A program made the position numbers and the translations under genes. From NCBI RefSeq assembly GCF_009914755.1, contig NC_060930.1: 64,000 nucleotides of DNA; one strand, written 5' to 3'. This DNA is from the human T2T-CHM13v2.0 reference genome, Homo sapiens. Below the pieces are notes generated by a model. That model made no database searches. It had not been told where the DNA came from and worked only from the letters and a program-made list of their open reading frames with translations. Shown one piece after another: positions 28,920 to 40,899 of the stretch (position 1 is its first letter; each line of letters begins with the position of its first letter).

Positions 28920-31500
28920 AGCAGTTCTTCTGACCTGAAACAACTTTAGACAAGACGTATGAAACAATGACACTCAAGCCATTAAACATCAGGCAATGAA
29001 GGACAGTAATCCTCAAGAGATGGGAAACAGATGAGGTGAGACCTACAATTGCCTCAACTTACTGCCTGGGAAAAGTTTTCAGAGGGTGGAAGCCTAGCTG
29101 TCTCCTTGAGTTCAGAAGATGAAGCTTAGAATTCAAGGAAGTTAAGTCGGCTAGAATTCACAGGACAGTATGACACAGGAATGAGATGTACAAAGAGAAC
29201 TCAAGATCTGCAGAGGGTCCCCCTCAGTGCATGTGTGTGAGGAAACTAACAGAGGCAGGGGAAAGAAGCACCTAAAATAGTAAGGTGGAACAGGGGTCAA
29301 GGCTCAACAAAGTAAGAAATAGTTCCTTTTCCCAATAGCCAGAGTGGAAAACTTAATATTTCAAGGGGCATTGAGTAGAGTTCTAAAAAGGATCCTCCCA
29401 CACTAAGAGGGAAAAATGAACCTTGGTAAAAATGCTAATTTAGGACCACCTAACAAAGCTTAAAGGCAAGACTTTAATATTTGGGCTCACATTAATCCCA
29501 AATATTCTAAATAAGTTAACCATGTTCCAGAGAAATTTCAAAAATATTTATAGCTATAAATTAACCATGATCCAAAGAAATTTCAAAAATATTTATAGCT
29601 ATACTAAAATTCTTAGCCTGTAAAAAGTAATATCCAAAATGTCTGGCAACCAATTAAAAATTATCAGACATACAAAGAAGGAAATAAATACAGCCTAAAA
29701 TAAAGAGAAAAATCAATATATTGAAACTGACCCAGAATTTACAGATAATAGAAATAGGACATTAAAATAGTTCTTATGACTATACTTCATATATTCAAGG
29801 AGCTAGAAGATACATCTTACATTTTAATAGAGACATAGAAAATATAAAAAGATCCAAATCAATTTTTAGAGTTGGGAACTACAATATCTAAGATGAAAAG
29901 CACACTGGATGGGATCAAAGGCACGTTAGATATTGCAGAAGAAAAGATTTGTGAACTTGAGAACAGCCATAGAAAATATCCAAAAGGAAGCAGATAGAAA
30001 AAAAATTAAGAAAAAAAGAACATTTTTTCAGCAGTGAGACAACTAGAATTGACCTAATATACATGTAATTCAAGTCACTGAATGAGAGAGGAGTGGGAGA
30101 TAAAATAATTGAAAAGATAATGACCAAAAAATGTCCAAAGTTGGTAAAAACTATGAACCCACAGATCTAAGAAGCTCAGTAAAACCCAAACACAAGAAAG
30201 ATGAAGAAAATGACACCAAGGCCCATTATAATCCAATTGCTTAAAATAAGTAATAAGGAGAACATCTTAACAGACATAGAAAAAATGACACAATGTAAAT
30301 AAAGGAAAGATGAAACCTATGACACCTTGGGAAAGAAATGCAGGCTAAAAGACTGTGGAAGAGCATCTTTAAAGTATGCAAAAAATTATGAACCTATAAT
30401 TCTTTATTCTGAAGAAATATTTTTTTAAATCAAGGTGAAATAACAAGTTGTTTTCAGATATACATAAGTCAAAACAAATTCTCACCAGCAGGCATTCACT
30501 AAAGAAATGTTAAAAGAAGTCCCTCCAGCAGAAGGAAAATGGAAATAGAAGAAACCCTGTGTCTACACAGAGGAAAGAAGGGACCAGAAATGGAAACTAT
30601 AAGAGTAAACATACTTTATTTTTCTTATTATTTTAATATCCAATATTTTCTGATTATTTAAGTCTTTAAAATTAATCTACTGTTTAGATAAAAATTACAA
30701 TGTAATAAGGTTCATAACATACGTAGGATTAAAATCTATGACTACACTAGCATAAAGGCCTGAAGGAAAAAAAAAGTATATTGTTGTAAGGTTTTTATAT
30801 GTGTGTGTGAGGTATAGTATACTATCACTTGAAAGTAGACAGTGATAAGTTTAAAATGTTTACTCTAAACCCTAAGTGAACCACGAAAATAACCATAAAT
30901 AATTATAGCTAGTAAGCCAAAAAAGGATATAAAACACAATAATAAAAAATTCTTGAGTAATCCAAAGGAAGGCAAGAAAAGGAGAGAAAAGGAACAAAGA
31001 ACAAATGAAACAAAAACAAAAAAAAGCAATATGTATATTTAAACCCAATAATATTAATAATTATATTAAATGTAAATGGTTTAAAAACACCAATGAAAAG
31101 GAAGCAATTGCTAGATTGAATTTAAAAGCAAGACCTAACTGTATTCTGCCTACAAGAAACCCACATCAACTATAAAGGCGCATACAGGTTAAAATTTACA
31201 TGGAAAAAGATAAAATATGTGAACACTAATCAAAAGACAACTGCGATAGCTAATGAGTATCAAACAGTGGATTTCAGAACAGAGAATATTGCTAGGAATG
31301 AAAAGGATCATTACATCGGAATAAAGGAATCAGTTTATCAAGAAGATGTAACAATTCTAAATACTAAGCAGAAACTGACACAATTTCATGGGGAAATATA
31401 TAAATCCACAATGATAGAGATTTCAACACCTATTCCTCAAGAACAGATGGAACAAGTAGATAGAAACTTAGTAAGGATGTAGGCAATTATTATAACAAAC
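28920..31500 (+). mobile_element. Old L1M 5' portion: 5'UTR, decayed ORF1 and ORF2 endonuclease start
   Basis: ORF1-like gaaaagatttgtgaacttga; endonuclease motifs ttaaatgtaaatggttta (LNVNGL) and tgcctacaagaaacccac (CLQETH) at ~31065-31165. Confidence 0.85.
29516..29603. repeat. Two-copy tandem duplication, period 45 bp, inside L1
   Basis: ttaaccatg(t/a)tcca(g/a)agaaatttcaaaaatatttatagctata twice. Confidence 0.92.
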
Positions 31501-32009
31501 ATTTTTTATTACAAAAGATGTGAAATATTTTTGGAATTGAACAATTTTATCTGAGTTACATTTTATTTAAATGAGACATAAATAAGGCCACATTGTAGAG
31601 AGCAAAATTTAAGAGTGTGAATTAGTCAGCTATTAGTTTAGGAAATTCAAATTTTAGATGATTTTTTCTTTTTAAAACATAGCACTTTCTCTAGAAGTCA
31701 ATTTTTAAACATCAAATGCTTTATTACAAAGTTAAAATAATTATAGAAATGATTAATTTAACTGTCACTCTTTACATACTTCTCTGGTTTATTTACATTA
31801 TTTGGTTGGGGAACTTTGCTGAGTTACCTAAAGGAGATTTCAGAGAAAATTTGTTATGGAAAAATGGACCATATTAACTTAATTCAGAGTTTCCTATCCC
31901 AAAGTTTGCATAAATCAAGAAATTACTTAGTCAAAAGCTTTTATGGAAGCAAAGTTTTAGGAAAAATATTTTAAATATTAACTTTAATGGTAATACTAAG
32001 AGATTTTAA

Positions 32010-32180
32010 ATATTCTAACATAATTCTTACAACTTGGTGAGAATAGGATTATTATCTCAATTTTATAGTTGAGGAAACTGAAACTCGTATGTTTTAACAA
32101 CCTGTCAGAAGTCACACAAAGCAGCAGAAAAAGTTCTTCTAAATCTATGTCCACTTTTTTCTCCACTAACTTCATGATAA
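32010..32180 (-). mobile_element. MIR
   Basis: attatctcaattttatagttgaggaaactgaaactc...gtcacaca. Confidence 0.75.
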
Positions 32181-32579
32181 AAATAACACAAAACAAAAAT
32201 CACTTAAATTAACATCCAGAAATAACCGCTCATCCTTTTTTTGTGATTGATGAAATATTGCCTTAATTTGATAACATGAAATGAATATGTAGAGGGTAAA
32301 AGGAAGGAATGTGTATTTTGCTTAGAAACTATAGGTAAATAGATATTTGCATATTTTTAATAGAAAATATATTTGTTTAAAGTAAAAGTGAGGACATTTG
32401 AGCTAATCTAATTCACAATTCTAAAATAGCACCATCTCACTACAATAAAATACATTCAAGTGTTAGTTAACCATTGACTGAAAAAATGAATGATATTTTT
32501 AGACTACACAAAAATGTACTAAACATTTTTTAAGCATTCTTACTCATTCTCTTCCTCCTTTCTTTCTCCTCTCCACATA

Positions 32580-33330
32580 TGCATATATATGCTACTGGCA
32601 AAATGAAATTATAACTGCTGTTTTTCATTTATCATTATGTATTGGCACCTCTTTCTCTGCTAATAATTAGTTTACATTATAATTTTTTAGTGATGTTTTG
32701 AAATCTATATTTAAGGGCATAATTTATTTAACCAAATCTCTATGTGGAAAGCATTTAATAGTTTTCCTCTATTTTAAAATATGCTATGATAATTATTCTT
32801 GTACTTACATCTCTGCAGACTTTCTAATTATCTCATTAGTATAAATTCCTGGAAGTATAATTGTTGGATCAAGGGGTATTAACATTATAAATTTTGAGAC
32901 CTATTGTTAAACTTCCCTCTAAAAGTATTGTACTTGATTTGGAGTCCCTCTAACAGCATATAAGTGTATTTCTTTTATATTCTTGTCAACAGTTGATATT
33001 ATCAATGCATTTTTGTCAACTGGTTAACAGAAAACTTCATCTCCTTGCTTTTGTGTATATTGAACATAAGGATACTATCTTTTCATATACCTTGTTGCCA
33101 TTTTTAATACATTTTACTCTTATGAATTGGAAACAATTGGTCACATTTCTCAAATATTTTATTAGTTTTCTTATAATCATATTGACTTTACAGATGAATT
33201 AGGAGAAAATTACAAATTTAGAATATTGAGTCTTCCCTAAGAACAAGATGAAATCTTGTGGAACAAGAAATTTTTATTTCTTCAAGTAATCCTTTATGTC
33301 CTTCAGTAGAGCTTTATTATTTTCTTTGTT
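32580..33330 (-). mobile_element. L1ME-like fragment
   Basis: gtataaattcctggaagtataattgttggatcaagggg motif. Confidence 0.65.
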
Positions 33331-34301
33331 TAACAATGTGACAGGAACTTACCAAACCTCTTTTCTTTTTGAATAGTTTTCTATCTTCCCCTGTAGTTAA
33401 TTAAGCATGGCCATTTAACTAAGTCCTAGCTAGTGAACACCAGTTTCAGTCCTTGTTCTAATACCCCCAGCCCATGGTCATCTTATCTTAATTTCTCGAT
33501 CTCCCTTGTCTGCGTGGAAAGGACTGTGAGGACCTAGAGGAAGATAGAGCTGCAAGATGGAAAGATGACATTCAAGGCTATGCAGCAAGAAAGAACATCA
33601 GTGTGGGACTTTGTGTGATCCAAAAATAAGCTTGTACTATTTTCAGACACTGAAGGTTTTTTTTGTTTGTTGTTTGTTTGTTTTATTGTTGTTTGTCATA
33701 GCAAATTCTGTTTTTCTAAGACAGAAATGCAGGAGTTGGTTCTAAGAGTGGTGTGATATAAAAATCTGAAGCAACTGGTCAGTAGGGCTATGAGAAAACA
33801 GATACAGAAGACTGAGAAGCTGAAAAATATTGATATTCTATGAAATAAACATTTTTAAATGTCAACTGTGACAATTCGGAAGGCAGACTCAGTGCTCACT
33901 GAGACTGTGGCTCTAGAGCAATACTTGAAAAGGCTCAGAATGATAGTGTATGTTTGCTACTCTTGGTGCTTTCAGCAAGACATTACAAGAAAGAGGTGAG
34001 ATCGGATAAGAATTGGTTAGTTTTCAAGCACAGAAAAATGGGAATGGAGATGTTTCAGTGATCAAAATCCTTACAGGTTTGGAAAATCCAACTGCTTCTG
34101 AACTCAAATAGCATTAGTAACAAGTAAATGTGCTTGAGAAAGTTCTTAGCTACAAAGGCCCAATGAAACTTCTCATTGGGAAAACAGACTCATCCCTGCA
34201 GCCTAAAGCAGATTTTATATATATGGCTTTCCCAGCTAATTTTTTTTCAGTTAGCTTTAGGGTAGGCACAATTACATTGACAAAGAAAGAGAGAATGAGG
34301 G

Positions 34302-34305
<4 letters not shown>

Positions 34306-34345
<40 letters not shown>
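34306..34345. repeat. (GA)n microsatellite
   Basis: Direct reading. Confidence 0.95.
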
Positions 34346-34346
<1 letters not shown>

Positions 34347-34637
34347 AAGGCAGGTGCATGAGGGCAAGGAAGCAATGAAACAAACCAATTTGAGAAGGAA
34401 ATCAATTTAGGTGTGGTTATTAGGACATAAAACTGCACAGAAAGAAATAGATAAGTCTGCAATATTTTGGGGTTATCATATTGCCAAAGAAACCATGAGT
34501 TAAGACTAAAAAAGCCTTCCCTTAATTTCCTATACAAACCCTTGGATCTTTAAACTTGCAAAGCAAGAAGCGAACTGTGAAAATGGTACAACTCCCAAGG
34601 GCCTGCACACCCAGTTCTGATGGAATACACCCAAGAT

Positions 34638-34998
34638 CAGTGGTCTGCAACCTATTTGGTGCCGGGGACTGGTTTCATGGAAGACAGTTTTTGCACAGAC
34701 GGCCAGGGGGTGAAGGGGTGCGGGGGTGGGGGGAGGATGGCTTCAGGATGAAACCGTTCTACCTTTGATCATCAGGCATTAGTTAGATTCTCATAAGAGC
34801 ATGCAAGCTAGATCCCTTGCATGTGCAGTTTACAATGGGCTGTGCGTTCCTAAGAGAATCTAATGCTACCACTGATCTAACAGGAGGCGGAGCTCAGGCG
34901 GTAATGCTGGCTTGCCCACTGCTCACCTGCTATGCGGCCCAGTTCCTAGCAGGCCACGGACCACTAGCGGTGAGCAGCCCAGGGATTGGGGACCCCTA
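34638..34998 (+). mobile_element. MER1B (hAT-Charlie)
   Basis: cagtggtctgcaacctatttggtgccggggactggtttcatggaagac...gggattggggacccct. Confidence 0.9.
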
Positions 34999-36543
34999 CC
35001 ATGTAGGATAACAAACAAGTAAGAGACTGCTTGAGGGCAGGGCCAGGACCCGTGGAGGACAGTGCACAAGGCTGCCCCCTCCAGAGAGCTGCATTAGGTC
35101 CTAAGCAAGGAATTTCTCCCATCACAACAGAGTAATTGCGCAAGGTCTTCCTGGCAGGGCCTGCCATATCTCTAGTTTTTCCTTTCCTAAAGGGAAGTGT
35201 TTGTTGTGGTTACCTTGTCCTGTTCCACCATAGTGTGTTGACACACAGAGGGGCAGATAAGGTGCCCACTGAATTCCTGTGTCACCAGAGCATATCTGAA
35301 CTAATGAAGAGGATTGATTACAGATGGCTCAGAGAGAGCCTCAGCTTTGAGGTATAAACAGTGCCTGGGTGGGATTGTGGGTCTTCTGTGAAGACTGACT
35401 ATAATCTACATGTAAAAAGAGGAGTAAAATGGAGATTTGGTTAAGAGATTGGTGGACTCTAGCAGAGACTAATTACTCTTAACGAAACCCGTTTTCTCCT
35501 ATTCCTGAATACACAGCTAGACTACATTTCCCAGCCTCCCTTACAGTTAGATATATCTATTTTATTCAGTTGTAGCCAATAGAACATGTGTGGAATTAAT
35601 GTATGCTATTCGTGGTGTGGTTCATAAAAGCCTTATATGGGCAACCATCTATTATCTCATTCCCATAAGTTAACTTCATGGAGAGAACGCCTAGGACCTA
35701 GAGAAGGGTAGAGCCATAGTGTAGAGGAGGCTGGTTCCCAGAATGCCCAAGTAGAAGGCAGAAAGGTCTGCTTTGGACTTCAATCAGAAGAAACACAATC
35801 TTAACGAGTTTAGCCTAATGAAAGTTGACCGGGGCTTTTGATTGTTTGAATAGCAAGTGGTTTTTTTTTTTTTACAGTAATACAATTTTTATTATGTTGT
35901 TAAATCTCTTCCTCTCACTTTTTAATGTTTTGAAGGTTGTTATTGTGAATTGTTCAAGAATCCAGGATGAATAGAGTCATAAATTTTTTCAGTTGTATTG
36001 GATCACTTAGGCTGAACTTAGACTTCATTTACAAAATCAAATGCACTGTTAATGCAAAGTAAATCTAATATAGCGCACGATAAACTATATATTGATCAAA
36101 ATTTCCAAATAACATTTTAAATTATACGAAAGAGTAGCAGTTTTGCCAGTAGAAATACTGAAATTTCTGCCATGAGTAATAGTTTATACTAGGAAGAAAA
36201 ATAAATATGTGATCTGCCCTCAGCTTTTGCATGATAGCAGAGAAGTGATTGATATTAGGTTATTCATTTATGGGTAGCTCCTCTGTGCTTTATTTCTCAC
36301 CCTGTCAGACTGAGAAGACCTACCAATTTTATTAGGACTGCTGATGTACTCTGTACTTATAGTTTTATTACCTATTGGAGAAGCTACAAAATATTGGCAC
36401 TCTTTAACAATGAGCCTTTTATGCTTCCTTGTGTCAGCAAGTATTTTAGATTAATACCCTATGTTTGATTGATGGAATTGTACTGAGCTCTTTTTTAAGG
36501 TTCTAATTTCTCCAAACATGTAAAAAAACTAGCAGGAGGTCTC

Positions 36544-36695
36544 ACATATATGTGTAGGCATATATATATACACACACATATACACACATGATAACTCTAT
36601 TATGTATATAGTTATATATGTATATGGTATATATATGTATATGGCTATTGTGTGTGTATATGTGTGTGTGTGTGTTTGTGTATATATATATGGTT

Positions 36696-36770
<75 letters not shown>
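36544..36770. repeat. Compound (TA)/(TG) microsatellite ending in (GT)~15(AT)~21
   Basis: Direct reading; pure block 36698-36770. Confidence 0.97.
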
Positions 36771-36772
<2 letters not shown>

Positions 36773-37040
36773 TTGTCCTCTCTCTTTTGCTAGGCAGACA
36801 TATGTCTGAAGCTGATATTATATATTTGTCTATTATTATAAATAACCAACATAATGGTATCCATGTTATTAGGTTTGCAAAATATTTTTTGAACAGAAAA
36901 CACCAATTTAGAAGGAATACAAACTTATATTCTGAAGTTCAAGTGGGGAGACATAAGAATGCCTGTCCTCTAATTTTTTTTGAAAAATTATTAAAGCTAG
37001 TCCAATGCCAGTGTTGGACTAGTAACCTGGATTTTTTAAA

Positions 37041-38120
37041 TTAATAGACTTTATTTTTTTAGAGCAGTTTCAGGTTCACAGCAAAATTGGGCAACAAAAG
37101 GTACAGGGAGTTCCCGTGTGCTCCCTGCACCAGTGTGGTACGTTTGTTACAACTGATGAACCTGCACTGACACATCATTGTCCACCATGTTCATAGTTTA
37201 CATTGGGTCATTCTTGAATAGTCTGAGTTTTGACAGATAAATAACGACATTTTCCACCATTACGTATCATACAGAGTTTTTTGAGTGCCATAAAATACTT
37301 CCGTGACCCCCTATTTATTTCTCCCTCCTCTGAATCCCCAGCAACCACTATCTTTTTACTGTATCCATAGTTTTTTCTTTTCCAGAATGTCATGCAGTTG
37401 GAATCATACAGTTTGTAGCCTTTGAAGATGAGCATCTTTCAGCTAGTCATGTGCATTTAAGATCTCTCCATGTCTTTTCATGGCTTGATAGCTCATTTGT
37501 TTTTTAGTGCTGAATAATATTCCATTATTTGGATATACCACAGTTTATTTATCCATTCACCCACTGAAGGACATCTTGGTTCCTTCCAAGTTTTGGGAAT
37601 TATGAATGAAGTTGTAAACATCTGTGTGCAGATTTTCATGTGGACATAAGTTTTTAATTCATTTGGGCAAATTCCAAGGAGTGTGATTGCTGGATGATAG
37701 GGAACAGTATGTTTAGTTTTGTAAGAAACTTGCAAACTGTCTTCCAAAGTGATGGCACCATTTGTCATTCTTACCAGCAGTGTATGAGAGTTCCTGTTGC
37801 TCCATATCTTCTCCAGCATTTGTGGTTGTTAGTGTTCTGAATTTTGGCTATTTTAATAGATGTGTCATGATACCTCATTTTTTAAATTGGCATTTCTTTA
37901 TGGCATATAATGCGGAGCATCTTTTTGTATGTTTACCTGCCATCTTTATATCTTTGGGAGGTCTCTTTTCAGGTCTTTTGACCATTTCAAAATAAGGTTG
38001 TTCATTTTCTTATTTTGAGTTTGAAGAGTTGTTTTTATATTAGAATAACAGGCTTTTATTATGTGTATCATTTGTAAATATTTTCTTCCAGTCCGTGGCT
38101 TGTCTTCTCATTCTCTTGAA
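37041..38120 (-). mobile_element. L1MC/L1MD-type 3' end plus ORF2 C-terminus, 5'-truncated
   Basis: gactttattttttagagcagtttcaggttcacagcaaaattg; ORF-track peptide 37493..37819 (...TWKEPRCPSVGEWINKLWYIQIMEYYSALK) is the ORF2 C-terminus. Confidence 0.92.
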
Positions 38121-38130
38121 GAAGAAAAGC

Positions 38131-38199
38131 TTCCCTGATTGGAAATTGAACTCAGGCCACAGCCATGAAAATAATAAATCCTAACCACTAGACCAGGGA
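38131..38199 (-). pseudogene. tRNA-Glu pseudogene (TTC at the anticodon position)
   Basis: The minus strand TCCCTGGT---CTAGTGGTTAGGATTTATTATTTTCATGGCTGTGGCCTGAGTTCAATTTCCAATCAGGGAA aligns end to end with tRNA-Glu TCCCTGGTGGTCTAGTGGTTAGGATTCGGCGCT(C/T)TCACCGCCGCGGCCCGGGTTCGATTCCCGGTCAGGGAA. Many differences are at CpGs and the anticodon stem is destroyed. Confidence 0.9.
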
Positions 38200-39463
38200 G
38201 TGCATGCTCTAGATTTTTAAAATCTTGTAATAAGAATATTAAAGGATTAATTAAAGTAAATATTTGGTCTTTTATTTTGTTGTAAAACTAAAGATATGTC
38301 AATTATCTCCAAGAGATCTAAAAGAATGGAAAATATGTTTCTTCCCTGTTTTGATCATTGAGTGAGGAGGCAACTAACTGACTCTTAAAAGCTTGGAACA
38401 ATTTTCAGAATAATTGAACCTTGGCAGAGCTTTGCTATAATCATTTTTAATAATATTTCTATCAAACAGTTGTGAGTCCCTATAATGCTAGGTAACAAAG
38501 TTTTGTTGAAATATATAAATTTCTTTTATTTAGTTTTTGTAGCATAACCATATTGGTACATCAAGTATTTGAACATGCTTACTTTTATAGGGAACTAACA
38601 ACTCATCTTCTAAGGCAAAAATCAAAGAAGGTTACTATAAAAATCCACAATCATGTTAACTTTCAAAGTCTTAGTTTCACTAAGGATCATTTTTTCTTTA
38701 CAGAGATGAAAAGGAGTGCTTACTATTTCAATTAACTCTTGGTTTCTTCATATTATATTTAGCTATTTGAGATTAAATAGATTCATTTAGGTATCATGGA
38801 TTAATTTACATATATGACTTTAATTATCTTTCAATATATTATCAGGTATTGATTTAGACTGTTCTCATAAGTCTTTTGGTCTTCCTCAATAGAAACTGAT
38901 TTCCTGTGGATTTACATGATTGCCCTCTAAATAACCAGGGTGAGATAACTGTGCCAAAATGATTGGCTGGAGAGAGTATAAGTTCATTTAGACCACTTTT
39001 AAAAATATCAAAGTATTGTAGTAGATCTCTGTTGTACTTTAGCATGATTTGAATCATGTCGTCCAGGTCTGCATATCTACCTGCATATGGAGTAACACCT
39101 GATCATAAAATCACATTTAGCACTATTGGTTTACCATTTCCAAGTACTGATTTTAGAACTAGATCTCAAATAGTAGGCAATTTTTGTGTTGTATCTGTGG
39201 GGAGAGAGAGTCTGCTTTCACATGACTTTCTAAAAGTAGCAAATTATATCTAAATGATGTTTAAGTGTTTTAAAATGTAAACACTTAGATTTTAAATCTA
39301 AAAACACTTATTGGAAAAAAATCTTTATTTCCCTTGCATAATGTTGGCATGAATGCAGCGTGGCTGGATTGGCAGTTCTGTTACTGCAGGAAGTGGATTT
39401 AAAAATGTATAATTTCAAAGCCAAATAATTCAGGCAGGCATGCTCATAGGATGGATAGGTTCA

Positions 39464-39581
39464 GTGGATACATTTGCTCTCCCCACACTCACCCCACTCA
39501 CCCCACCAACCCTGACTCCTCCTTTGTTTTGTGCTTTGTCTTTCTTTTCTGTAGATTGGGATCCAGGTTCAAAAATCTTAG
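39464..39581 (+). repeat. Copy 1 of a local non-tandem duplication (partner 40409-40531)
   Basis: Shared gtgg.tacatttgctctc, ctgactcct and ttttctgtagattggg.tccaggttcaaaa(a)tcttag. Confidence 0.85.
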
Positions 39582-40408
39582 CATAGTTTACCCTTCTGTA
39601 GTCCAATTTTAAATACTCTAATGGAGTGTTCTATTGTTTTGTAGCAAGTCAAATAGTTTTCTCCATATATATATATATATTGCTTAGCCATTCCATACAT
39701 AGTTAATTCTTTTAATCTTACCTCATAAATCAATATTTCTAGGTCATTAATCACCCGTACTGCCCTTTACACATCTTACTGTATATATCCCTTTTCCCAA
39801 TCCCTTGTAAACCTGATTTTCCCTCTGCACAAAATTTATTATATAATCCTAAGTAGGCTGAAGATATAAATTTCTTTTTGGAAGAAGAGTGCTTTAACAT
39901 TAAAATGTCTCTAAGACTGGTCTTATCTAGATCTGCGTTGATCCCGCTATGTATCAAAGGACAACCTAAAGCCGGAAGATAACTGAATAAGTCTTTTAAC
40001 TTACTTGCCACTTCTAAAATATTGAGTTACATTTGACCAGATAGCTCCAATAAAGGGACAAGATTTATTGCTTAGGAAACTTCAACCCTGTATTATTGTG
40101 CTTTGTTTAGCAGATTTTTCTAAAGGAGAAACATATGTATTTAAAGAGGTAGAATTTTTTATTATTGTAAATGAACAAAAGATATTTCTAGCCAGTTGTG
40201 TCTCCTAGAATGTACTGTAGTTAGGTAGAATTAGGATGTTGCTTTCAATTTATGTATGTGATGCTTATAGTTTCACACAACTCAAGGTATGTCTTAAAGT
40301 GAGTGTGACATATAGAGAGAGAAGCAGCCTCCCTATTACATAGATACTTAACTTAGATTGTATATGTGCTTGCAAGGATTGGAAGCCAAGCTGAAAATGG
40401 GGGTTTTT

Positions 40409-40531
40409 GTGGGTACATTTGCTCTCTTTTCCCCACTCTGACTCCTAGTTTGTTTGTTTGTTTTTTTTTTTTTTTTGCTTTGCGCTAACTTTCCTTTTTC
40501 TGTAGATTGGGTTCCAGGTTCAAAATCTTAG
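40409..40531 (+). repeat. Copy 2 of a local non-tandem duplication (partner 39464-39581)
   Basis: Same three blocks as copy 1, ~945 bp downstream. Confidence 0.85.
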
Positions 40532-40629
40532 TATCACCTTTGATTCTCCTTTCCTTCTCTACCCCATAGGTAATTTTAAAATACGTCAGAACAATGGCTT
40601 CTTTTATCTGCTATTTTCTTGTTATTTCA

Positions 40630-40773
40630 AACAATGTATTTATAGATTGCCTGATCCTTCTAAAGTGAAAACTGCAGGAGAGTAGGATTCCTATTTACCT
40701 TGTTCACTCCTAAATGCCTGGAACTTAGAACAGCAAGTGCTCGGTAAATATGTGTGTAATGAATTAATGAATG
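40630..40773 (+). mobile_element. L2 3' end
   Basis: cttgttcact...gtgctcggtaaatatgtgtgtaatgaattaatgaatg. Confidence 0.7.
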
Positions 40774-40899
40774 TCACTTGTCTTAGTCTTCCCTTTCCAT
40801 TTGTACTAGCTCCACGTGGGCGCTTTTGCTTCATATCTAGATTATTTAAAATATATAGCATCCCATCAATTTGAATTTCACCATTCAGTACTTACTGCA

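Larger units (their letters stand above)
33337..35884 (+). mobile_element. Ancient MLT1 (I/J-like) MaLR with LTR (33337-33723), internal region and LTR (~35458-35884)
   Basis: Two co-oriented LTR-like segments share GACCTAGAG..G.TAGAGC (33531, 35695). The 3' LTR has gctagactacatttcccagcctccctt. The ~1.7 kb spacer includes MER1B and (GA)n. Confidence 0.6.

Noticed and set aside
36602-37044. ORFs with CV/YI repeats (up to 130 aa)
   Set aside because: Artefacts of the (TG)/(TA) microsatellite, which lacks stop codons.
38131-38199. Functional tRNA-Glu gene
   Set aside because: 3-nt deletion near the A-box, disrupted anticodon stem and pervasive CpG decay.
39262-39310. Short inverted repeats (TAAGTGTTT...AAACACTTA; TAGATTTTAAATCTA)
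   Set aside because: AT-rich stems of 9 bp or less are expected by chance; no miRNA or MITE features.
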